Positions 34,893-45,439 of a stretch of 52,826 nt of DNA are shown here, piece after piece. The stretch is taken from assembly GCF_001194135.2 (NCBI RefSeq), contig NC_068985.1, forward strand, positions 126,860,557 to 126,913,382. Direction: 5' to 3'. Under the pieces are notes generated by a model, which saw nothing but the letters and a program-made list of their open reading frames with translations, was not told the origin of the DNA and did not search any database. Position 1 is the stretch's first letter. Each line of letters starts with the position of its first letter. Both the position numbers and the translations under genes were made by a program. This DNA comes from Octopus bimaculoides. Its lineage: Eukaryota.

Positions 34893-36895
34893 GATAGCTT
34901 CCGCTATATATATATATTCTTGTATAAGATGGAATTGGACTTTTAATCACATCAGTTTTACTAAAACTGTTAGATGTAAAAGCTGAGTTCAATCTTAGCC
35001 TGAGGATATGTTATATATAGAAATACAACTCTTGAAGACAACTGGAAAATAAGAAAGATTGAATATTAAGGTAGATAAACATGGTGCTAACAATCCAAGA
35101 AATCAGCAGCAAGGTGGTTGCAACTCATCTCTAAAAATATAAATCAAATATTTCAACTGAAAATTGAAAGCAACTGTGAAACCTTGCTGAAAATTTGAAT
35201 AAACATTTACTACATTGTTGGAAGTTAGCAAATTTCAAATGAAAAAAAATTTTCAATATTATGTTCAGCTGATAAATATTTTAATAACTAGTGTAGTATG
35301 ATCAGAGAGACACATATATATATATATGTGTCTATATGTATATGCTTCAAAGTTTAATTTTTGAAAAGTTAGCATGCCCTTTATTTAAAATTAGGGTAGA
35401 GTTTGGGTTGTTAGAACACCCCGTTAGCAATTCAGTTAATTGGTCATTAATAACAACTTAAATGTAAATAGGCAAAAGACAGAAATAACCAGAAGGAAAA
35501 AATGCTTAGGATTACTATATATTCTAGAAAAACTCAAGGGAAGTTAAGACAAAATAGTTAAAAGTGAAAATTACTTTTTGCCTAAGCTAATTTCAGATCA
35601 TGAACTTTTCTCACTTTTTAATTTTGTTGTTAGTCATTAATTAATGTCATAAAACATAAGATTACTTACTATTTAGAAAAATGAAGTCTTTCATTCAATA
35701 TCTTAAATCAAAAACTCCAAAACAGATATAACTGTTAATTACCATCAAAAATTCAGTGAGGAATGAAAGAGAAACTGCCTAAATTGGTAAACTTTCAAAT
35801 CTTCACATATTTATGTAATCCACTGGCTTCTAAACATTAGATAAAAATGTTGAGTTATAATATAACAGATTCACCTACAGCTTTCCTTGGGTGATGGAGA
35901 ACTAATAATTTTGATGACAACAAATGGTTCTACTGCACAAAGTTGTGTACTTGTTCCTCATCTTTACAGAGCTAAATGAAGAGATGCACAGAATTGTGTC
36001 CTTTCTAGTGATGCAGTAAATCATCCACAACAGATATAAACTGAAAGACTTAGAGATCTTATCTCTTAAGCTGTTTTGCCTTTATTATGGGGATGAGTGA
36101 GACAAGAACAAAGAAGCCATAGATAACAGAAATTTGTTGAAACTTTATCATTCCCACCATGGACTACAACTGTTTAAACTCATGTCACTACTTAATAAGG
36201 CATAAAGCTAGCATATTTGAGGGGTGGAGTCAATCAATTTCACTGAATCCAGTACTTCACTGGTACTTTATTTTATCCACCCAAAAGGATGAAAGGCAAA
36301 GTTGACCATGGTGGAATTTGAACTCACAATGTGAACAGCCTGTCGCTAAGTGATGTGTACATCATAAAGACCAATGCTTAGCTGGTTTCATAATGATAGA
36401 TAGATGGAATACAATGTACTTTGAGAAAAGATGGTCTGCTATTATAGATACCATTTGCAAAATTCCTTGTGATTTTGAACACATAATACATGAACAAGCA
36501 AACCAATACCTTTCCACTCAGCAACTTATCTGATGAAAAGTGTAAGCGAAACTTATATTACAACACAAAGTATTTTCTTCATACTTTGTCAATTAAATAT
36601 TTTTCTGAAAGGAAAACTAATATCTTGTGAAGTTTTCTTCAGTGACAGGAAATGAAGATTATGTTTGAGTAAACAAAAAAATATTTGTTAATCAAATAGT
36701 AAAGAACTATTGGCTAGGTACAAGCTGCACAAATATGTGTTAAGGCATGTTAAGTGATGAAATTATAAAGGTAGCAACACAACTAGAGTAACGCCCCTTC
36801 CCTATAGATATTGCATATACAGGTAACGCATGAAATTCTGTAGAAGTAGCTGAAGAACAATTATGTTTTAAATTAATACAATTTACAATGCAATG

Positions 36896-36931
<36 letters not shown>

Positions 36932-37204
36932 GTGTGTGTGTGTATGACAAATATAATAAAATAATATTCATTTTCTTCATTGGAATGTCTTTACTTTAAT
37001 GGATATGCTTACCTCATTGAGGAAGTAAAAATGTACAAAATCAAAACCAGAAATTCAGAAGACAAAAAAAAAAAAAAAGACAAAGAAAAGAGAAGTGGTG
37101 CTTCACCATGAAGATTTGGGTGAGTACACCTGGTTACTGCTTCAAACTAAGTTGTACTGCTTTTAAATCAATCATTCCACTCCTTTGGTACAGGTTTCAA
37201 ATTA

Positions 37205-37444
37205 TTTATTTCCTGGTTTATGTTTTTAATTTGTCTGTCTTTTTTTGTTCATGAAAAGCAAAAAATGAAACATTTTTTTTCCTTTCTCCAGCAAGGTTGA
37301 GTTGATATAGTCAGAAAAGTATGAGATATAAAAAATACTTGCTAGGAGAATGAAAACAAAAAACAAAAAAAAAGTTCTTTATCAGCTCTATCTTTCTTTT
37401 GGTAATTTTTCCTATGAATTCAAAAATTTGTAGTGTTGTTTATT
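37205..37444 (-). promoter_or_regulatory. Candidate polyadenylation signals for RBM25
   Basis: AATAAA on the minus strand at 37439-37444 and 37205-37210, about 0.6-0.8 kb past the stop codon in repeat-free AU-rich sequence; usage unknown. Confidence 0.35.
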
Positions 37445-38030
37445 AAAGTTGTAATTGTGATTACTGTTTTCAATGTTTTTAAAGTAAATATGCTTTTTCA
37501 AGTAATGTTGATATTTTAACACCAACTCAAACTTCACTGCTGTCACATAAAATATGAATTATTGAGAAGCATTAAAATAAAGTTGTCTTTGATTTTTGAT
37601 CAAGCATATTTCATTGTTTGTTAATCCCCCACAAAATTGGACAGAGCATTGTTGTTACTACTACTGTTGCTGTTGTCTTTTTTAAAAGTTGAGAAAAGAG
37701 AGGAAGGGAATGAAATTTATAGAAGAAACAATGAGTATGGATTGGCAAGGAGAAAACATTAACTGAAATGTAAGGTAAAAGTGCAAGAGAACTGGATTAT
37801 GAAAACTGGAAGGAAATAGGAGGGGTGGGAAAGGCAAAAACTAGAAAAAAACAAATTCAATCATTAAAAGGAATTGGAGAGCATGGGAGTAGGGGAAATT
37901 AAGGCATTTAAAAAAATAAATGAATCTTTAGTCTTTGCTGCAATCTGTAGATGCTGAATTTGTATGTTTATGTAGAAGGGTCTGACAATTGTACTTTTCT
38001 TTTTTTTTTAAATGTGAGAGAGTTGTCACA

Positions 38031-40418
38031 TTATTTGACAAGTCCAGCTTTCTTGGCCTCAGTCTCATAGATGAGTAACCTCCACATCTTGACAACAAAC
38101 ACCTCGGCTTCTTCATCAAGAACCATGGCTACGTCATTCAAGATGCTCTGCGGAGAACTACGTCCAATTACCTTTTGGCAAATAAAGTCAGTTAAAGTGG
38201 GCTCCTCCTCACCAATGTATTCCACTATTTTCTTATTTACCCAGGGTCTAATGCGCTTGTTCATAAGAGTCTGGTCCACTGTATTCCAGTCTAAATGATA
38301 AGAGAACAATTCATCTTTTCCTGTTGGAATCTGCTCAATAAGCTTTTTGATCAACTGTCTCTTTTCTTCGGCTGTGGTTGTTTTCTTTTCGGATTTCTCT
38401 TCATCATAATCTAATGGAACAAGTTTGCGCTTTTTCACTACATCCGTGCTGTCATCATCTTGACTGAAAACATCACCAACAGTTATCCTTTTCTTTTTGA
38501 AAGAAGTATTTTCACTAGGACTATCTGAACTTCCAATTTTTATTGAACTAAAACCAATTTTAGCAGGTTCATCTTTAGCATTTGATGAAATGCTTGGTTC
38601 CATGTTACTGTCCAGGTTTTTGTGAAGAGGTCTATCCATGCCAGAAGATGGGCTTTTGGAATTGTTGGCGATGGAAGGGATTTCAACAGGCTTTAATGTT
38701 GGTTGCATTTTTGGTGGAGGACTACGTTTGATCTCCATTATCTCGCAATCAACTTTAGCTTCTTTCCTGGGACTTGGAAGAGGTGGAGTTCGGGGTTTCT
38801 TAACAGGAGAAGGTGACTGGGGAAGTAAATGAAGCCGAGGTTTCAAGTGTTCATCTCTTTCCTGTTCCATTTTAGCAATTTCGGCTTCAGCATCTTCATG
38901 ACCTTCTTGTAAGAGTCGCAATCGGATTTCCTCTAATTCTTCCTTTTCTTTCTGTCTGTCTCTAGCATCTAATTGCTTTTCAACTTCTCGTTCACTAAGT
39001 CGACGGGCAAGAGCACTACCTTTGTAAAACTTTGGATCGTCTCGCAAGTCATCATAGTCTTCCAGGAACTCTTTCAGACGTCGAGCTTCTTTAGACTCTT
39101 CAGCTTTACGAGCTGATTCACGTTCTCGTTCTTTATCATATTCTCTCATACGCTTCTTTTCACGGATCATCCAGTTTTTTAACCGTTCCTGGTATGCTGC
39201 TTCTTTCTCACGGAATTTCTTTTCCAGCTTACGTCTTTCCAAAGCTTCTTCCTCTTCTTCAAAGTCTCGACCACGACCCCTACGATCTCTGTCCTTTGAC
39301 CTTTCCCTTGACCGGTCTCTTGATTTTTCTCTGGATCTTTCTCGAGATTTATCCCTCCTGGACCGTGACCGTGATTCAGATCTAGACCTAGATCGTGTTC
39401 GGGAAGAACTTCTAGAATGGCTGCGGTCTCTTTGGAAAACTTTACTTTTATGAACTTTATCCTTCCGTGCTCTGGAATCGTCGTGTCGTCTTCGACTGCT
39501 TGACTGAGAAGTACTTTCACGGTTTCGATTCTCTTTATCATTCACTTCCTCATCTTTATGAAGATCTCGGAAGCTCTTAATTTCTCTGTTGATAATATTT
39601 TTGGTGTCTTCTTCCAGCTCCATATCATCAAGACCCTTATCGGCCTGAATTTTTTCTTCCTTATTTTTCCTGTGCATACCTTTACCATCTTTCTCTTTCT
39701 CTGCAGGTGGCTCTTTAGCCAAATCGTCAGCAAATTCCCTGAGAATAGCATCCAGACCTGCTTTGATAATACTATCTTCACATTTAGTGCTATCGTCAAG
39801 ACCATCACCGTTCGTAGTCTCCGGTGTTTCCTGTTCAGATTCCTCTCCTTCTTCTTTTTTCTCCTTCTCTTTCGCACCATCCTCTTTCACCTTTGCCTCA
39901 GCAACCTTCTCATCGCTCTTTTTCTTCTCGTATTCATCTAGCAAAGTTTTAGTTTTAGCATCAACTTTCACAACTAACTTTTTATCAGCAATTTCAAAAT
40001 CATTTAAAAGCCTGATACACCTGAGTGTAGCTTCAGGATCTTCATACTCACAAAATCCGAAGGCTTGCATTTTCCCGGATGCTCCTTGTACCCGTTTCCA
40101 ACTCAAAACGTCGCCGCATTTCTGTAGCATTAGTCCAACCATCGCATCTGGCGCTCTGTCGCTGATGTTACCCACAAATACTGTCGTTACTGGTGGTTTG
40201 TCTTTCTTTTTGTCATTTACTTTATTTTCTATCTTTTTTGGTTTACTTTGAGTCAATGTAGAAGTAGAACTTGTACTTACGATTGGTCGTATAACAGGAG
40301 GTATGAGTCCCATCGGACTAACAGATACCATACCCATTGTTGGAAAAGTATAGCCTTGTGTCATCATACCAGGTACCATAGGTGGCATTCCTATAGGTTG
40401 CCGAGGTGGTAAAGACAT
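38031..40418 (-). CDS. RBM25: RNA-binding protein 25 (RRM, RE/RD/RS-rich region, PWI domain), 795 aa, single exon
   Basis: Pro/Met-rich N-terminus MSLPPRQP; RRM TTVFVGNISDRAP...WKRVQGASGKMQAFGFCEY...KKLVVKVDAKTK; RD/RS-rich middle; KKRKLVPLDY; C-terminal PWI IRPWVNKKIVEYIGEEEPTL...VFVVKMWRLLIYETEAKKAGLVK. First ATG at 40418 (the ORF track's longer start uses a non-ATG codon). Confidence 0.93.
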   Translation of the reverse strand: MSLPPRQPIGMPPMVPGMMTQGYTFPTMGMVSVSPMGLIPPVIRPIVSTSSTSTLTQSKPKKIENKVNDKKKDKPPVTTVFVGNISDRAPDAMVGLMLQKCGDVLSWKRVQGASGKMQAFGFCEYEDPEATLRCIRLLNDFEIADKKLVVKVDAKTKTLLDEYEKKKSDEKVAEAKVKEDGAKEKEKKEEGEESEQETPETTNGDGLDDSTKCEDSIIKAGLDAILREFADDLAKEPPAEKEKDGKGMHRKNKEEKIQADKGLDDMELEEDTKNIINREIKSFRDLHKDEEVNDKENRNRESTSQSSSRRRHDDSRARKDKVHKSKVFQRDRSHSRSSSRTRSRSRSESRSRSRRDKSRERSREKSRDRSRERSKDRDRRGRGRDFEEEEEALERRKLEKKFREKEAAYQERLKNWMIREKKRMREYDKERERESARKAEESKEARRLKEFLEDYDDLRDDPKFYKGSALARRLSEREVEKQLDARDRQKEKEELEEIRLRLLQEGHEDAEAEIAKMEQERDEHLKPRLHLLPQSPSPVKKPRTPPLPSPRKEAKVDCEIMEIKRSPPPKMQPTLKPVEIPSIANNSKSPSSGMDRPLHKNLDSNMEPSISSNAKDEPAKIGFSSIKIGSSDSPSENTSFKKKRITVGDVFSQDDDSTDVVKKRKLVPLDYDEEKSEKKTTTAEEKRQLIKKLIEQIPTGKDELFSYHLDWNTVDQTLMNKRIRPWVNKKIVEYIGEEEPTLTDFICQKVIGRSSPQSILNDVAMVLDEEAEVFVVKMWRLLIYETEAKKAGLVK

Positions 40419-40484
40419 AATATCCTTTTTGCTTCCTTTTTCAAAGAAAATTGCCGAAATCAACACTCAGAGTCATTGTTTTCT

Positions 40485-40493
40485 ACTTACTAG
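40485..40493 (-). promoter_or_regulatory. Canonical 5' splice site (CTA|GTAAGT) in the RBM25 leader
   Basis: GTAAGT on the minus strand at 40490-40485, 72 nt upstream of the ATG. Use is unproven. Confidence 0.45.
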
Positions 40494-42169
40494 CGTGTTC
40501 ACATAAGCGCCATAAACGTGCAAATGGCGACCATGACTAAGATTTACGTCCCTTTGGACGAACTCTCCTGTTATTTGAATACATCCAAAAGAAAGCAGCA
40601 TGGCTGTAGAGGTTGTTGTACAAAAGACAATTGCTGCTGATTATCGTTACTTTAGCTTGGGGGTGACTTATACTTTGAAATATGACCGGGAGCTGTCGAA
40701 TTTCTTAAATGTTACACTAAAATAATTTATTATCATTTAATAGTTGTTATGCCAAGATATCTTACTGTCTCTAAATATTAACAATATACAAAAGATTAAT
40801 ATTTGCATTTCTGTTACATAATTTGTTATTTTATTGATCAATATTTTTCCAATAATTTATATAACTTTCGATTAAAATAAATTAATTTGATTAGAATTCT
40901 AAATCAAATGGAGAGTAATTAAAATAAATATTTAGATTAGTTTTAGTTCCGAACCTTCAAAGAAAAACAAATTAATCATCTCAGGAATCACATGCACCGA
41001 CTTGTTTTTTTGTTTTTTTTTCGTACATGTGCGTTTTAGAAGTTGTTTGTGTACACCGTACACAGACTAAATTATCTAATTCTTATAATAAATACCCTTA
41101 TTGATAAAAATTATTGTAGAGAAAAATACTTAAATCATCAAACTTGATCACTTAAAAAATAATATTAAATTTCTAAACTTTTTTTTAACCTTTATAAACA
41201 ATGTTTTCATCGTCTATGCTGATAAAAAAATAGATACTAGTTCTTCCAAAAATATTACTAGGTGTTGAATAAAACATTAAAAAATATTTAGTTATGGTGT
41301 ATATGTGTACGTGTGTGCGTGTAATTTTTTGTAAGTGAAATCCCCACTGTCAAATGACAATGAAATACGTTATCGACATAATATAGTCGACGTCAATGTT
41401 TTGATCATAATTTTGAAGTTACCTCAATTTATTGATACTATTAATGTCGATAGAAAAGACTGAAGACCACAGCTTCTATTCTTTTTTCTCTCCTAAAATT
41501 ATATGGTTAGGTTTATGTGTATTTAAAATGTAACTAACGTTTTGAGCGAGTCCACGACGACTTTCAATAGGCGGGGTTTTCGAATAGCCGCCCCACGAAG
41601 TTCCATGCTTCATAGGAAAGTAAAAGGGTTTGGAAGGATCAAAAATGTTTAAGAAATATTTTTAAAAAATTTATAGTTAGCTGAAAGAAATTCTCTCTTC
41701 GTAATACCCTAACGGACATTGAAAAACAGAAAAGTTGCAAGGTTTCGTTTCCTTTTTTTTAAAACAGCTTTCTAATTATAAGAAATAATTAAGATTGGTG
41801 AGGATACAGCATGCATTTTGTGAACAATGTCCTCTGCACTGATACGATTGTCAAGGAAGGTATGCATTTCACACGATGTTCTCTAAATAAATTTTTGATG
41901 ATGGGGGCGGAGGTAAAGAAGACGCACACCACCCGTTTTCGGCGTAGCCCTAACCCTATACACCGGGTGTGCTTATCCTTTACCTTCGCCTTGACGAGTA
42001 GTTTTTATAAAAGGAGGGAACATGTCAATCGTTTTCATTCGTTTGGTCAGTGCAAACAAAATTGTCTTACTTCCAACAAACTTTTCGTTATCAATATTTA
42101 TATATATAAGAAGGTAATCACCAAGAATCGGATCGCATGTTAATAAAATAAAAGTGAGAGAGAGAAACA

Positions 42170-42438
42170 GGCTTGTAAGTGGATTTAATAGACGGAAACT
42201 GAACGAAGCTCTTATGTGTGTGTGTGTTTGCCCCCCCCCCCCCAGCACTGCTTGACAACTGGTGTTGGTGTGTGTTTACGTCCTCGTAAATTAGCTGTTC
42301 CGTAAAAGAGACCAATGGAATAAATACCAGCATTAAATTATATACATAAGTGCTAGATCGATTCGTTCGACCAAAGTACTTCAAGGCGGTACCCCCAGCA
42401 TGGCCACAGTCTAATGACTGAAACAAGTAAAGATAAAG
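42170..42438 (+). mobile_element. Bipartite SINE, 5'-truncated, with an uninterrupted internal microsatellite
   Basis: The head remnant GTGGATTTAATAGACGGAAACTGAA joins the 3' half (...GACTGAAACAAGTAAA) through a short TG tract. Confidence 0.78.
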
Positions 42439-42780
42439 CTACTCTATGTACATAGTTATACAATTATTTTAGTTTCGGTCATCTATTATAAAATCATTCA
42501 CAACCAGAACGCTTTATAGGAACTATTAAACCCACCTGAGTACGATTGATAAAAGTTTTTTTATCGCCTCTGGGAGGTTGAAAGCAAAATCTGTCTTGTG
42601 TACGACCTGACCTCACAATGAACCGAGCCGTAATCAAATATCAGACATCTTGGTCGATGTTCGAACTATTCTGCCAATCTATTCTTCTAGATAAACTTCC
42701 AGGAAATTTTAATTTATTTTTTTACTTTTGGGGTCAGGAAGGAAGGGCAGTGCCCATGAGATTTGCAGATCCTTTTACAC

Positions 42781-43014
42781 CAGTGGTTCTCAACCATATT
42801 TTGCTTATGGACCCCTTTTGATTCCTATTTTACTTGAATGGACCTTAATTGCCATTCGATGTTTAAGAAAATCCTATTTTATTTTTATAATTAAATATTA
42901 TTGGAAATAGTATTAAAAAATTCTTGAAGTGTTTTGTGCATCAAAGAAATATATCAATTTATTACATAAATTTTAACAACAACATTCTATATGAATCCCG
43001 GTCGAGGACCACTC
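42781..43014. mobile_element. hAT-type MITE, same family as 1542-1788
   Basis: CAGTGGTTCTCAACC ... GGTCGAGGACCACTC; flanks TTTTACAC / TCCTACAC (6/8); shared internal ATGTTTAAGAAAATCCTAT. Confidence 0.8.
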
Positions 43015-43532
43015 TCCTACACCGTTGCCAAGAACATTATTTCTTCTTTATCAAATATCGTGATTTTATCACTCTCATAAATTATTATTAGAATATTCTC
43101 ACGTTAGTGAAGATGGGGATTTTGGGTTTACTTGTGCCACATTCAGAAATAAACTTCTGAATTGAATTCTCTCTAAATTTTCCCTGGTTGCAAATGATGC
43201 ATGTAGGATAGGGAAAGTCTCTTCTGAAATACTGGGAGACATTGCGATGAGAGGTGTCAACTATCTCAATCAATCGTAACCCAATAGTCATTCCAATAAA
43301 ATAAGAAGTAAATCCACGTGAATAGCTTTGTAGATTTGTTTGAGTCGGTATTATGCTTCTGATACTTCCCTACCCGTCTCTGTCATTTTCTAAATTGAAT
43401 GCATTTTTTATTGTAGAGGAACAATTGACTCCACCTTTTTCCAATTGATTCCTAAATCCTTTCGCTTTCGTTTGCACTCGGAGTATCCGAGGACGGGAAA
43501 CCCAGAGTAACCCCATAAACAGGCCTTCACCA

Positions 43533-43568
<36 letters not shown>

Positions 43569-45439
43569 TATATATATATATGGAGCAAAATAATTCAAGA
43601 GGAAATATTTGAGAAGATGGGGCTTTCCATCATGGTAACGCGCGCCAGTCTAGAAACTGGTCCACGTCAGTCCAAATACTAAGATGTATGTTGAGAGATT
43701 TGTTTTAGCCCGTTTGTCCGCAGACGGTTCATTTCTGTAATTATCATCAGATTTTTTCGGCGATTTAAATACGAGTTTTGACTGTTATTTCCAGCAGGTA
43801 GACATACTTGATATGCCCTTTGATTAATTTTAATTATATAATATATATATGTATGTATGTATATGTATGTGTGATACTTTCATTTTATTTAACAGCAATT
43901 GGGAATCTATGAAATAATTTACTTAACAAACATCCACCACGTGTCCTATTTTTCTATCTATAAATCTGAATTATTATCTCGACATATATCACTCTCTCCA
44001 TGTCTATTAGTGTCGGCGTGTATATGTGTGTTTAGGAATGGAACAGTGTTTTATTTCATGAAGTTTTAACGTTTTTGATCTTTGTCACTTTTATTTCATT
44101 TTGCACAAAGTAAGCTCCCTTGAACTGTGTTTGAAAATCAAGTTCGATTCACTTCCCGGTTGTATTAATTTCTTAGCTTGGTGGATTAGCAGAATTGTTA
44201 TAAGTGCTTCGTGGAATTTAATTGTTGCTCTTTGCTTTCAATTTTATCTTTCGTTCTTCCGAAGTCAATAAAATTAATAATACTAGTCAAGGGCGGCAAT
44301 CGACTGACTGTACTTGCCACTAAGTTCGCGGCTTTGTGCCGTTGTAAGAATTTATTCTTCGGAAAGGCATGGGCGTCACAATCCAATTTTCTTTTCTAAA
44401 ACTGAAGTCAAAAAGAAGTATCAGTGATGGATGAATGTCTGGTCACAAAAATCTAAGCAAATGAGTATTACATTAGCGCGCGAAAAATTTATTAACGCAA
44501 ATACGTCTCAATCATATATAGATTTTGAATTTGCTCGTGCCACATTCCTGTAAACTCTTTCAAGACACCCACTAAATTTAGTAGAAGCTTGGAGAATAAA
44601 AATGAAGTTTCATCAACCAGAATTTTAAAGAGAAAATCACGAGTGAGTGGTGTCTACTGTTTCAGCCAACAACTACACACACATCAACATAGAATGTAGC
44701 CTTCAAAAATATATGCTACCATATGTACCCCGCATTATACACCAGTATCCTTTAGCCCTTGAAAGCATTGATTTTTCCCTGGATATCAAAAAGACTTCAG
44801 ATGTGTATAGAATTAGTAGATAAATTGCCTTTCATTTGTCTTTTTTTCCCACTGTTCAACAACATTTGTATAACTCACGGTACAGTTATTTCCCCTACTC
44901 TTCTGTCTGCCTATTTATTATCAACTTACCGTTACTTCTAAATACATATATGGCTATGTGGAAGATCTCAACTTCGCTCCTCAACTTTACACAGATGGAT
45001 AATATATATGCGTTTACCAGGTATCTTCTGTTGGATTTGCGCTGCTTCCACTCACAGTGATATTGGAATTATCTTTCAACAACACTGTTACTCATGAAAG
45101 GGAATATTCTTTGACAATACCATCTGTATGTATTAACAGTAGATATAAAACTTTCAGATGACTAGAATCAAGAGGCCCGGGAACAGAGGATGCAAGGGGT
45201 ACATTTGCACCCACTAAAATTTTGTGGGGATGTAAAATTCAATATTGCACCCCCTATTTACCTTTCTCAGGCTTAGAAATTAGTGTTTACAAATTGATCT
45301 GTAAAAAAGTTAGTTAGGTTTTTTTCAAAATAAGAACAAACAACTAAAATATATATAAAGAAAATCCCCCCCCCCTAATCCCTAGAAAGATATATTACTG
45401 AACTAAAGCATCCTTAACGTTAAAATTTAAATTATATAT

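Larger units (their letters stand above)
40500..44500. promoter_or_regulatory. CpG-retaining promoter-proximal region upstream of RBM25
   Basis: Visibly more CG dinucleotides than in 1-38 kb; YY1-like cores at 40508-13 and 40524-29; GC box GGGGCGGAGG near 41905; E2F-like TTTTTCGCGCGC (minus, 44476-44487). Confidence 0.45.

Noticed and set aside
36530-36572. CTGATGA...GAAAC...AAGTA hammerhead-like arrangement
   Set aside because: There are three extra A residues before a 2-bp stem II, and no stem I can be formed in either type I or type III topology.
37995-38009. A-rich tract 22 nt after the RBM25 stop as a retrocopy poly(A) tail
   Set aside because: It is short and interrupted, no matching TSD was found upstream, and UTR-like sequence continues beyond it.
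38071-40251. Plus-strand and alternative-frame ORFs overlapping RBM25
   Set aside because: Shadow ORFs of a purine-rich, repetitive CDS; the peptides are low-complexity.
40419-40466. 16-aa N-terminal extension in the ORF track (MLISAIFF...)
   Set aside because: It starts at a non-ATG codon; the MSxPP start at 40418 matches the RBM25 family N-terminus.
41811-42143. 110-aa plus-strand ORF and the telomere-like CCCTAACCCT inside it
   Set aside because: No known domain; fewer than two telomeric units, which is common in non-autonomous repeats.
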